Of a stretch of DNA of 64,000 bases, positions 14,153 to 32,710 are shown piece by piece. The stretch lies in the NCBI RefSeq assembly GCF_009914755.1, contig NC_060928.1. One strand, 5' to 3'. The position numbers and the translations under genes were made by a program. Numbering within the stretch: position 1 is the first letter of the stretch; every line of letters starts with the position of its first letter. Below the pieces are notes generated by a model, which saw only the letters and a program-made list of their open reading frames with translations, was not told the origin of the DNA and searched no databases. This DNA is from the human T2T-CHM13v2.0 reference genome, Homo sapiens.

Positions 14153-14467
14153 GGACCTGGAGCAGTGGCTCCTGACTGTAATCCCAGCACTTTGGGAGGC
14201 TGAGGAGGGCAGATTGCTTGAGCTCAGGAATTCGAGACCAGCCTGTGCAATAAGGTGAAAGCTCATCCTACAAGAAAAATACAAAAATTAGCTGGGCATG
14301 GTGGTACATGACTATATATAGATCCAGCTATAATACTTGGTGGGCTGAGGCAGCAGGATTCCTTGAGCCCAGGAAGTAGAGGCTGCAGTGAGAAGGCTAC
14401 ACTCCAGCCCGGGTACACTCCAGCCCGGGAGACCCTTTATCTCAAATAAATAAATAAATAAATAAAT
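14153..14467 (+). mobile_element. AluJ with (AAAT)n tail
   Basis: gattgcttgagctcagg and ttgagcccagg...ggctgcagtgag J-type motifs. Confidence 0.88.
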
Positions 14468-15946
14468 GTACTTTTATTTTCGTGTTATAGCCCCAGACTT
14501 TTATTCGATGCCCTCTTCTCTATTTAGCTTGATTTCATTTTACATCTTTCCTTATTCTTAATATCTTTATGCAGCTACATTTCATGTTAAACAATTATTA
14601 ACATAAAATGTTTATAGAGTACAATAGAATGCAAAGTACATATTTAGACAGAAGCTGCCCATAGACTATAAAGGGCAGACAGGAAACAAGAGAGGAATGG
14701 GTGAGTTTGTTTGAGACAGGTAGAAGAAAAATGCCAGAGTTTATCTGAGAAGGAAGGTAGAATCAAGGTGATTTGTAAAGTGTTACTTTGAAGCGCTTCA
14801 CTGATGCCACTAAGATTGTGATTTGTTTTTTAGAGAAAGGACTGATGTAGGTAAGATCTCTAACCTTTTTTTTTTCACTTGAATTATTGTATCTATCTGA
14901 GTTTTAAACCTAATGTAGGGTTTTGGTAAAGATTGATTAGATAATAGGCTAATTCTACAAGGTAATTAAGCTATTCCCTTGGGGACATAGGCAATTTGGG
15001 GAGACGTACTATTTCTTTCAAACCCTTATAGTGCCACTTAACCCAGCTGTTCAAACACAAAGCCATTTAAAGTGATTTCTACCACTCAGAAGGAAATTCT
15101 AGATATTACAGATAATCAGCATTAATAATATGTCCAGCATGACAGGGGATCTAGGTGGAAGAAGATGTGATAAAGGGTCAGGGCTGGGAGTGCACAAGCA
15201 GGGAGTAAGTTCTGTCATGGAACTGGGAAGTGGTTTTAAAGGAAGACTGCCTCATAAATAATGAGTCCTAAGTATCATTGCCCAGATAGACCCAAGACCA
15301 CCATCTAAAGAGTACACTTAGGAAAAGAGGGAAAATGAGTGTTTGCTTGCTTACAAGGTGATTCGTTGACTCCTGCCACCAAAATTCTTGCTCATAGCTA
15401 ATGGATTTTATACGGCTTTCTTAAAAGCATTGCTTTGCTTTTACTGTTGTTTTATCATCATGCTTTTCTACCTTCTGTGCTCTAAATAGGGTGTGGTATT
15501 CTGCAAGGTGTGACCGGGGATGCGGGCATCAGGTTGAGCTTGTTGGATAGGTATGTGACTGTTTCTATTTGTAGGTCCACAATTCTTCCATTTATACTGG
15601 AATTATCGGGCCTAGATGGTGTATTCAAGATCTCCAAATACAGTAAATGCAAGTGTAAGAATCATGCATGGATGTTTCCAGGCCATGCATTGGATGGAAT
15701 TGAGTTCAGAGTGTCCTTTGCATACAGAAGCAATTGTAGGAAGAGAACTATACAGTTCATAATGGTACCAGTTGATCAGGGTTCCAGAATCTGCTTCTAG
15801 TGGGTTATATCTAGTATCAGAACATAGACAAGGAGAGATAGACTTGACATCTCACATGAAGAGCCTGTTTGAAAAGCTGTGTAGCAGGTTTTTACATCAT
15901 TAAACCTGGCCTGAAGGTGCTGAGGTTCACCAAGTTCTGCTTTGTC

Positions 15947-16080
15947 AGTGTTTCCCAAACTACATAGACATAAGAATTAGCTGGGAGATTTATTAAAAGT
16001 GCATGGCTCTGAGCCCCAATCCTGGAGATTATGATTCAGTAGATGTGTAATAAGGTCCTAGAATCTGGATTTTTAAGAAA
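15947..16080. mobile_element. MER5A-like hAT-Charlie fragment
   Basis: cagtgtttcccaaact...agaattagctgggag...gattatgattcagtagatgtg...ctagaatctggatttttaa. Confidence 0.6.
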
Positions 16081-16609
16081 ATATAGATATATAGGATTCG
16101 ATACAGATGAACTATAAAAACCTCATGCTGGGTAGTCACTGACGAAAGTCACTCAGGTGGTAGACATGAGTGGAGGAAGATACCAAGTTTGAAAAGTGGA
16201 CATTTTTATCAGCCTGGATGTTCTGGATTGTGGATAAGGCTGAACTTCTGCTGAATTCATTGGTGGGAGAGAAGGCAGGCTAGTTGACCTGCTGCTGTAA
16301 GGCGTAGAGCCTTAAGTTCTGTTCCATCCAGCTTCCCATGTTGGTATTTTATCTGCACATGAGGTTGGTGATGGTGTGCCAAGGACCAGAGGACAAGGAC
16401 ACATTACTTGCTGGAGTATCATGGAGAATCCTCCAGAAATGGGAGACGAACTGAAGATTTGTACAGCATGAGGAGATATATCATCTGACTTTTTCTGGAA
16501 AGTAAAGGATCCCTTGGAATTGGGACTTGGTCTCAGTTCCTTCCACGATCCCTTGACCACAGTAGGATGTTATTCTCAAAGGATCAGAGTTTGGCTAATG
16601 AAGCTACTG

Positions 16610-16990
<381 letters not shown>

Positions 16991-17029
16991 TGCATATGCA
17001 AAAGATCTATTTTGGTTTCATGAACATTA

Positions 17030-17250
17030 TGGAATAGTGAAAAGAATGTGTATTGTATAGTTAGACAGACGTGGATTTGAGTCCTGTCTCTATAACTTCC
17101 TAACTATATGACCTTGAATAGTTTACTTCCTTTCTCTACAGATAAATTACTCACTTAAAATAGAACCATAATGCCTGTCTTGCAAGATAGTTGTGAATAT
17201 TAGCAACAATACAGGACAAATACCTGGCATTCTATAGAAATTGATCCATA
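17030..17250 (+). mobile_element. MIR
   Basis: agacagacgtggatttgagtcctg...atgaccttgaatagtttactt. Confidence 0.6.
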
Positions 17251-20200
17251 AATATTACTGCTTCTCTCCCTCTTTTCTTTCTCCTCCTTCTCCTTCTCTT
17301 CCTGCAACTCCTTCTTCTACTTCTTATAACTTGAGGTCCTGAGTTCATAAAACCTATGGAGAGTGAGCTGGTCTCCCACTATGATTTCAACTATCATTTT
17401 CAGAAAATTGCATAGGAATGCTAAAGCTGAAAAAAAAATGTGGATTCATAGGTCAACATGACCAGGGTGGCCCTGAATTGCTTCCCTAACCAGGACCCAA
17501 AATTATTTATAGTGGCTTCTATGAAATGACCTGCTGGCCTGATTTAATAGTTAGGCCTCCTGCCAATCATTTCACAAAGTTGGCCCAAGGGGAGCTGTAT
17601 CAGCTCACTATAAGGTGATGATTTTACAGCATAAGAGCTATGTGAATTGATATCAAAGTTACCTATTTGAGGTACTGTATCCTTCTTAGGTGTGTAAATA
17701 CAAAATGCTATCCCCTTTAATTCTTCCAGTTCATTCATTCCATACTAAACAGAATCAAAAAGCGTCAGCTCCTGGACCAGGAAGCAGGTGTTAGAGTGCT
17801 GGAGAATGGAATCACACCCTTTATACAGCTAGAAAACATTTGTCATCTTCCTAAAAAACACGCCTTTAGGACCTCTCAGCCTCACAGAAAACTTCCGTTT
17901 CATGAGTAAGGAACTCTGGTTATGTACCTGTTATGCTGGTCAGTCATTTGTCTCCAATTTGGAAGGTGACTGTGAAGTCAACCCACCTTCACATTATAGA
18001 TCACAAGACTCAGGAGCCTGCATGTAGGCAATGATCAACATGTAAAAAACCCATAATTCTCCAAAATTGTCATAAATTTTTACGAGACACTCCAACCAGG
18101 AAGAAATGAATGTGTTATGTACCCACAGACTTTATAGTCTGTCCAAAAATAGTTGTTTCTATCAGTAGGGCAAAGCCTTTCACTGCATTACCTAAACATA
18201 GAAAGGCTCCAGCAGAACAGTGTCAGCTGTTGGTGTCAGAACAGTGTTGTTGTACTATAGAGTGTGGGCAGGTCTGGAAAGCAGAATTGTTGAGAATTGG
18301 TGCCACCCAGGTATACATACACAAGTGGATGGGTAGTGGTCTGCCATCCAAGGGAGAGCAATAGGAATTGTTAGCCACACTCAGTAAAGGAAACCCACAA
18401 TTAAATACTAGAACTGAGCAAGTAGGGGCCAAAAGTTAAACTGATGGGTATTGTTAGGAGCTAGAAGTAAATTGCTGGATAACTCCAGTGGATTCTACAG
18501 AACAGCATTCCCCTTGCTTGGAGCTCTTCTTATTGAGCCACTTTCATGAGTTGTTCTGCCTGGACTGTGAAAATGAACATATTGTAATCATGAACAAATC
18601 ACCATTCAAAGTCAAATCCAACACATCTGCCTTGAGTATTTTCTACATGTCAAGCCCTGAGCCAGATACTGAAGAATACCAGTCAAATACAGCTATATAC
18701 TGTACTCTGTGATAGCTCACAGTCAATTGAGGAATATGGTTATTTAGCAACTACTTTTAACAGGCCACTGATTCAGCAGCAGAGGACATAAATATAAATA
18801 GGACTCCTTCCCTCCTTCAGACTTAGTGGAACCAAGTTAGATTGGCAAGTTAGGTGAAGAAGCCAGACTGCAGAAAACTGTATATAAAAGAGGGGAAAAC
18901 AACTACACTTCAAATCCACTCTTGCCTTCTTAAAAAAGGGTCTGGTTAGAGAAAAATCTGAGAGTAACTGCCTGTGCTTTGTGCTTCTAAGGGAGTAGAG
19001 AGCCCTCTTGCTTGGCTGAGCACCTTGAGGTACTCCTGATATGAAAAGGGGGTGGAAAATCTGGAAAGAGCTGAAAGTGTCTTCATAATAACATGATAAG
19101 AATATAGAATTCTATGTACAATTAGGAGGTACGATATGAGAAGAGGTGGGAAAAGGAAGAGACAGGAAGGCAGGATGCCTTTCAGGGCAGCTAAAAGGTA
19201 TTTTCGGGACAGAATGTCTAATATTTTATTTTATTTGTATTTGTATACATTTCTATCTATAGAGAAAAGAAAGTGAGCTTATGAAACCACATAAAAGTTC
19301 TGTTCCAAGTTTGGGGTGATGCTCGGTGGAACACAGAATGCATATGTGGAATTTATAAACTAATTCAGCAGAAGCAGAATATCAGAGCCAGAAGGGACCA
19401 TGAGAACAAAAGCCTTCTCATTCTCCCTTTCTTCTTCCTTCATGCCCTGAATGTGAAGACACTGGTAAGCTTTCTAAAAGATGTGAAAGAAGTTATGAAC
19501 CAATTTAATCAAGATTTTAAGGTACAGAGTGACCCCAGATGACATTTGAATTATATTTAAATTATAAACTGAGAAGCGTGGACTTTCTATTCTAACCAGT
19601 CAAACCACTAAAAAACTGTGAATTTGAGGAGTAGTTTATTTGAACACTGATAATAATTTTACAGTTATAGCTAAAACATTTTAGGAAGAAGTTTGTTCTT
19701 AAGAAATAGACAATTTTTAATTCCTTTTAAATTGAGTCAGAGTTTGGGATATATACAGTGAATATACGATTTTTTTAAAAATGACAGGACAGATTAAGGA
19801 AAACATTCTTTCATGAGTTTTGTTTTTTTAAGAATATTTTGTACAGATATCTGATTTATTTATAATCAGGTTTATAGATTTATTTTTTCTTTCTACTTAT
19901 GGTAATCTTGTGTGAGTATACATATGTATGTGTTTTAATATATGACCAGTAGCAGAATTTTGAGCAAGAAAAATTTTACTTAATTTTTGTGGCCAAATGC
20001 AAAACATCTGACAATTTTGCCAAGAAAACCCAAATTGCCTTGTTCTGTTTGCATAAGCAAAAGAAAAAGTCCAGGATATCCATCTGCAAATCAACATCAA
20101 AGGCTTTCCACAAAATACGGGGAGGGTGACTTGTATTTGGAGAACAGCATGAGATCTTTCTGTTGCTAGGGCACTGCTGGCTGCAGCTTTCTACACTAAT

Positions 20201-20752
20201 CATGGTCAAGGGCAACTGAGGTTTATGTGTCTATATTGCTGAGGTAGCTTGTCTTTTCAAGCTGAAACTCACAGCTCTCTGCCTTTTGCCCACTCCTCCA
20301 CCCTTTGACATCTGTTAATGATGGAGATTCACAGCACATTTTCTATGAAATGAAACCATTCTAAAAACTTTTATAAAGTCAAAGGTTTTGGAAAAAAGGA
20401 GAAAAAGTCATTGAGTAAACACATCTTTTTTGAGACCTGATCCTAATAAGCCTCATATGAGTTATTCCGTGCATATAAAATTTACTCCACAGAATTATGG
20501 TCTTGATACCTGACCAGAAAGCCTCTATTTCTTTCTCATTATTAACTGGATCAGGTTTTCTTCTTTTCTTATAATGTGATGTTCACAACCATGCATTTTA
20601 GAAGTAAGGGTATAATTTGGATGACTCCAAACTTCTAAGATTCTACAATTGTGTATTCTAAATAAGGAATATGTCTTTGTGAGTGTTGATGGTCCTAAAT
20701 TATCTGTTAGTATAAAAGATAATTTACTATATAAGCTATCAAATTGCCCCAA

Positions 20753-20940
20753 CTCCCTCCTTCCCTTCTCTCCCGTTCCCTTCCCTTTTCCTCCCTTCCT
20801 TCCTTCCCTTCCTCCTTTTTCCTCCCTTGTTTCTTCTTCCTCCTTCCTTTCTCCTTTTTTCTCTTTATTCCCTCTTTCTACCCCTTTCTTCTTTTCTTGT
20901 CCTCTCTCTTTCCCTCCCACTACCTCTTTTCCATTCTTTC
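20753..20940 (+). repeat. CT-rich polypyrimidine low-complexity tract
   Basis: ~190 nt of almost pure C/T. Confidence 0.95.
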
Positions 20941-21826
20941 TACAACACTTTAAAGTTTGTATTAAAGTAAAACATAATGCAGAAAATTGCACAAACATAA
21001 TGCAGAAAATCATAAGTGTACAACTTGGTAATTTTTTACAAAGTGAACAGCCTTGTGTAACCAGCATTCAAATGGAACTATAACAATATCAGAAACCTTC
21101 TTTGCATCCTCTCCAAATTATTAGGCACGCTTCACCCAAAAACTCATCACTATTCTAACCTGTAGAACACAGATAATTAGGTTAGCCTGTTTTTGAACTT
21201 TATACAAATGGATTCATATAGTGTGTACTCCATTGTGACTGGTTTATTTTACTTAACATTGTGTGGAATTTATTCATGCTGTTGCTTATAGTAGTAGTCC
21301 ACTCTTTTTCACTGATGTATAATTAGAAAAAAAGAAAAGATTGAGAAAAACATTTCTTCATGCAATTGGGCTATTAATAAGAGTTTATAAATAAGAATAT
21401 ACCACAATTTTTTATCTATTTAACATTATTGATAGACATTTGTTCTCAGTTTTGGTTTTGGTTTTTAAAAAAGGACTGCTAAAAACATTCTTGTATGTAC
21501 TTTTGGTTTCTATTAAATATATTCCTAAAAGTAGAGCTGCTGCAACATAGAGTAAGATTATGCTAAACTTTTGTAGGTTCTTCCAGAGTTGCCCCAAATG
21601 GTTATACTAACAATTCTAGTTACTCTATGACTTTGCCAGCCATTAGTATTATCAGATTATATTTTGTTTTATTTTAAAGCAGTGCTATTGATGAATATGC
21701 CATGACATCTTAGTGTGGTTTTCATTTGTGCTTTCCTATTAACTAATAAGAATGAGTGCCTATTCGTTTGTTTATAGGTCATTTGAATATCTTATTTTGT
21801 GAAGTATCTATTTAAGACTTTTGCCT

Positions 21827-22127
<301 letters not shown>

Positions 22128-22659
22128 AGACTCTTGCCTATTTTTAATTGATTTGTCCGTCAGTTCTTGTTGATTTTTTGGAATTCTTAGTATATATTAT
22201 ATATGAATTATTTGTCAGAAATACATTTTGCAAATATCTTCTCCCAATGTATGCTTTGCTTTTTCATTCTACATTCTTAAAAAGCCCATCATGTCAGTCT
22301 TTTGTCTTTATAATTAATTTGTTTTGTCCTGTTTAGGAAATCATTGCTCACCTAGAGCTCATGAAGATATTATCATTTGTTAACTTCTACAAATCTTATT
22401 GTTTCACATTTCACATTTAGGTCTTCAATCCAATTTGAAATTGAATTTTGGATACGGGTCTCTCCAGATTCATTTATTGACACGGGGAGATCCAATTGAT
22501 GCAGAACTACTTATTGAAAAGACCATCTTTACCCACTGTTGTGTAGTAGACCTTATCGCATATCAAGTTTCCATAATTGTGTGAATCTCTTCTGTATCAC
22601 ATTACATGTTCATTGGTGTATTTGTCTATCTTTGCACCAGTACTACACTGTCTCAATCA

Positions 22660-22975
<316 letters not shown>

Positions 22976-23070
22976 ATTATTGATAATTCATAGTATAAGT
23001 CCCCCAAATTGAACTTTTCCTCAAATGTTGTTTTGACTTTTTATGACTCCTTGCATTTCCCTAAAAATTG

Positions 23071-23365
23071 GGACATGGATGAAGCTGAAAGCTATCGTCC
23101 TCAGCAAACTAACATAGGAACAGAAAACCAAACACTGCATGTTCTCACTCATAAGTGGGAGCTGAACATTGAGAACACATGGACACAGGGAGGGGAATAA
23201 CACACACTATGGCCTGTTGTGGGGTGGGGGTTAAGGGAAGGGAACTTAGAGAATGGGTTAATAGGTGCAGCAAACCACCATAACACATGTATACCTATGT
23301 AAAAAACCTGTATATTCTACACATGTATCACATTTGTTTTTTAGAAGAAATTTTTTAAAAAAATT
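23071..23365 (+). mobile_element. Short L1PA (L1PA10-like) 3' end
   Basis: ggacatggatgaagctg...gggaacttagagaatgggttaataggtgcagcaaaccacc; flanked by aaaaattg on both sides. Confidence 0.8.
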
Positions 23366-23709
23366 GAAATCACCTTGTCAATGCACCACCCCTCATGTAA
23401 ATTTTCTGAAATTCCAATTGAGATTAAGTTGGATCCACAGATTGGTTTGGGCCAATTGTACTACATTATTTTGATTCATGATGTGATATAACCTTCCATA
23501 TATATTGATTTATTTAATTACTCCAGTAGTATTTTCTACTACTGAAGTAATTTGTAGATCTTTATGTAGTAATCTTGCATTAAATTTATTCCTATGTATT
23601 TGATATCTTTTGATACTCTTGTAAATGTAATCATTTTATTTCATTTTTCTATTTTTTTCTAATTATTTGTCTTTATTTCATCTTCAGATTTGAAGATAAA
23701 TTTTTACTA

Positions 23710-24092
<383 letters not shown>

Positions 24093-25395
24093 CTATCTTC
24101 TGTCTGCCATTTTTCTGATAATAACTTAGGCATCATTCTTACCATTATTCCCCTTTGTATAATATAGAGGGTTTCTTTTCCCCCTTTCTGGTGGCTTCTA
24201 AGATTTTTACTAAACCTTTGGTTTTTAGTGTTGTATTATGACTAACCTACATATTGTTTTCTCTGTATTTATTCTACTTTTAGGCCACTAAGCTTTCTAT
24301 GCCTGAAAACTAACATTTTCTCATTTAATTTGAGAAATTTAGGGCAATAATTTCTTCAAATATTTTCTCTGTTCCAAACTCTGTCTCCTCTCATTCAGGG
24401 ACTCCAATTATATATATGTTAGGCCACTTGATATTGTCACACAGTATATTAATGCTACATTTATTTTTTTCACTCTTTTATTATGTTTTTTAGTTTGGGA
24501 ATTTCTATTTGTTTGTCTTTAATTTTATTGAATCTTTCCTTTGCTGTGCCTAATCTGTTAAGCTTACCCAGTAGATTTTCTCATTCAGAATTGTACTCTT
24601 TAGCTCTTGGATTTTGATTTTTTGAATAGTTTCTACTTCTCTGCTGAGAATTCTTATCTCAACTCATTATATTCATCTTTTTCTTTAACTCCTTGCACAT
24701 ATTTATAACAACTTTTTAAAAGTCCTTGTCTGCTAATTTCAACATTTAAATCATCATATGGTCTATTTATGATGTAGCTTACATTTTCCCATTCCTTCAC
24801 AAGTTTGTAAGTTTTGATTGAATATAGGATATTGAAAGTGTTAAGTTGAGGGGGGCTGGACTTGTTTAAAGGATATTGAGATGTGCTGTACTAGGCAGTT
24901 AAATTACTAGTGGATTCTGTTGATCATATGAGGCTTGGTTTTATGATTTTTAGGGTGGCTCTATTTCATTTGAGTCATTAATCCTAAGATCTGTTATTTT
25001 AGTGTGTGCTCCTTGTTTAAAGTGTGGCCTTTCTGGGGTTTCAACTAAATGCTTGAGGTGTTCACCAAGGCCTTTTTCCTCAGCTTTGGCTGAAGCTTAA
25101 CATTTTCCAGCTCTGCACAACATCCAGAATCTCTTTTCCTTTTTCTTTCTTGTAAAGAAAAGAAAGAAAAAAGAATCTCTTGTATTCTTTTTCAATACAA
25201 AGAAAGGAAAAGAATCTCTTTTTCTTTTTCTTTCTTCTAAGACTTATGGAGTCTCTCCCTGTTCATGTACAACTCAGCACTTGGCCAATGACTTGAGTGG
25301 AGCTATTGCATTGACTTCTAGAGCCTCCAACAAAAATATCCTCTTTATAACAACATATCCCACAAATTCCACTCACTCAGAAACTCTGGATTCTA

Positions 25396-30365
<4,970 letters not shown>

Positions 30366-30607
30366 AAAGTAAAAATCTCTTATTATTCTTCCTCAAGTTT
30401 TGTTCTTTGCATATTGTTTTTATTTGAAAAGTATCCTGTTTTGTAATGTAATTTTTTTGCTCGAGATATATCATAACAAGGATTTTAGCTAGGTACAGAA
30501 TGCTTTTTTCATATTATACTCACACTTTTCTTAGTCACTAAAGAAACATACACAGTTTCTTTAAAAGAATGAATGGATTAATTTTTTTATTGAAAATTCT
30601 CAATTCT

Positions 30608-30903
30608 GCTAGGTACTGTGGCTCACGCCTATAATCCTAGTCCTTTGGGGGACCAGGGTGGGCTGACTTCTTGAGCCCAGGAGTTTGAGACCAGCCTGGG
30701 CAACATAGCAAAACCCTGTCTCTGTAAAAAATACAAAAATTAGCTGGGTGTGGTGGTGCACACCTGTAGTCCCAGCTACTCAGGAGGCAAAGTTGGAAGG
30801 ATCACTTGAGCCCAGGAAGTCAAGGATGCAATGAACCATAATCACACCACTGCACCCAGCCTGGGTGACAGAATGAGACTTTGTCTCAAAAAAAAAAAAA
30901 AAG
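30608..30903 (+). mobile_element. AluJ
   Basis: TSD gaaaattctcaat at 30592-30604 and 30905-30917; J-type motifs. Confidence 0.9.
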
Positions 30904-31544
30904 AGAAAATTCTCAATGCTAAAAAGGTGAGGAAAGGTGTGTCAGGGAGACCACAAGGTAGAAGGATATAAAGTGATGCTGCAGAAGATTTTCTGCCTCT
31001 GAAGAGAGAAATGAAGGGGTAGAAAGAAGAGGAAGAAAACTAAGAGAGAACATGGTGGCTTGTATACTTTACCTTCTTGAATAGGATGATTTTTTAATTT
31101 AATGATAAATTTAAAAATCACAGAACATTGTAATACAAGGTTGCTTGTTTAAAAAGGTATGATTATATGATTACTTTTTTGAGACGGATTATATTAAGTT
31201 ATACTACACATTATAGCAGGACACTGGCCCTTAATCCTGTGAGTAGAAGCATGCTAACCTGCCTACAGGCATTTTAAGCCTTGTGATTTTACTGTTAAAA
31301 TGTTATTAGAACTCTATTATTGAGAATATTAAAATTTATCACAGCCACTTACAAGATAGTATCACATGAAAAGATTCCCTAATCAATATCCAATAATCAG
31401 AATTATGTGTTTAGTCATATAGGACTAATAAGTCCTTTTCCCTTTTACTAGCTCTGTGTGGGTGTGGGTATGGGCATTTATGTAGTGTGTATATGTGCAC
31501 ATTTTCAGGAGAATATCCAGGAGCATGTCATATGGAATTTCAGG

Positions 31545-31670
31545 TGTAGAAGGGACATTAGAAATAAACTAGCAAAATCCCTTAGTCTTATAGCTGGGGA
31601 AATTGAGGTTTGAAGACATTTGAGTTAAGTCGATCAAGGTCACATGGCTACCTGGAGCAGAACTCAGGAC
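31545..31670 (-). mobile_element. MIR fragment
   Basis: ttatagctggggaaattgagg...caaggtcacatggcta...gcagaactcagg. Confidence 0.55.
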
Positions 31671-32106
31671 CCCTCTAAATTATTACTTCTCTTGTAAGCT
31701 GAATATTTTTAAAAGAAGGAAAAAATCTGAAAAAAAAGATAGTCAAGAATGGTATTTATTTGTTCCTATAATTAGCTTATAGCAAACAATTATGAATGTC
31801 CAATAGCAATTTGCAACAATCTAACAATGATCAAAGTTAGTTGAAACCTTTTGGTTAATCAGATCATTTAGGGTTAGAAGTCCTGCTTTAAGGCTCCAGA
31901 GTTAAACTCAAGCTTCAAAGGTCCTGTGTCATTTCTTCTTAAGAAATAAATGAAAAGGAAGAATGGAAAGCAGGCAGAGGGTTGAATTTAGCATCTGAGG
32001 ACCAAAATCCAGAAGCAGTTCCACTTGCTTCTTACTTTCTCGGTCTCTAATGCTGGGTATTTTGTTTCTCTGATCCTTTTCCTCAGGTTGGGATATAAAG
32101 TTACAG

Positions 32107-32144
<38 letters not shown>
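32107..32144. repeat. (TA)n microsatellite
   Basis: Read directly. Confidence 0.95.
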
Positions 32145-32148
<4 letters not shown>

Positions 32149-32359
32149 GCTTATAGAAATATGAGATTGAAAGCACAATTGTACTGTTGGCTCTTTAATG
32201 CAAATACCTTAGGTATAGCTTAAAGATTTCCTTTTCTAGAATGGCTGTTCTGCCAATATGTTATTCATCTTTCTTTCTGCCCCCAAATCTCACTGGATAA
32301 GTGATTTCAGAATAATGTGAAAGGCGAGGAGAGGCAGGAGAAATAGTGCCCACTGGGGG

Positions 32360-32710
32360 TCATTTCTGGTTACCTATATCTGTATGACAAGTCATTCAAA
32401 AATTTAGTAGTGTCAGACAGCAACAATTATATTATCTTTCATGGTTTATGGGCTGTCTGGACTCACTCAGTCTTCTGGTCTAATTTCAGTCCACTCAGAT
32501 TCTGACATGGTTGCAGATATGTTGTGACTGAGGCAAAAGTTATCTCTACCTAGGTTCAGTTGGGACACTGGGACAGCTGGGATTATCTCTTATTCCACAT
32601 TACCTCAGGGCCTCTCCTCCTGCGGCTTCTCAATCAAGAAAGTTGGACTTCGTACATGCCAAATCTGGGCTTCCAAAAGCAAATGTTCGTGAGTTACTTG
32701 CCTTTTCAGG
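32360..32710 (-). mobile_element. Old MLT1 (MaLR) LTR fragment
   Basis: ggttacctatatctgtatgacaagtcattcaaaaatttagtag...ggacttcgtacatg. Confidence 0.5.

Noticed and set aside
14821-14856. 17-nt microexon-like ttttttAG...TAG|GTAAGA
   Set aside because: Frame-shifting length, stop in phase 0, no independent support.
15510-15800. 96-aa + strand ORF as a protein gene
   Set aside because: No ATG start, no recognisable domain or splice context.
20525-21083. 180-aa and 144-aa ORFs on opposite strands
   Set aside because: Artefacts of the stop-free CT-rich tract.
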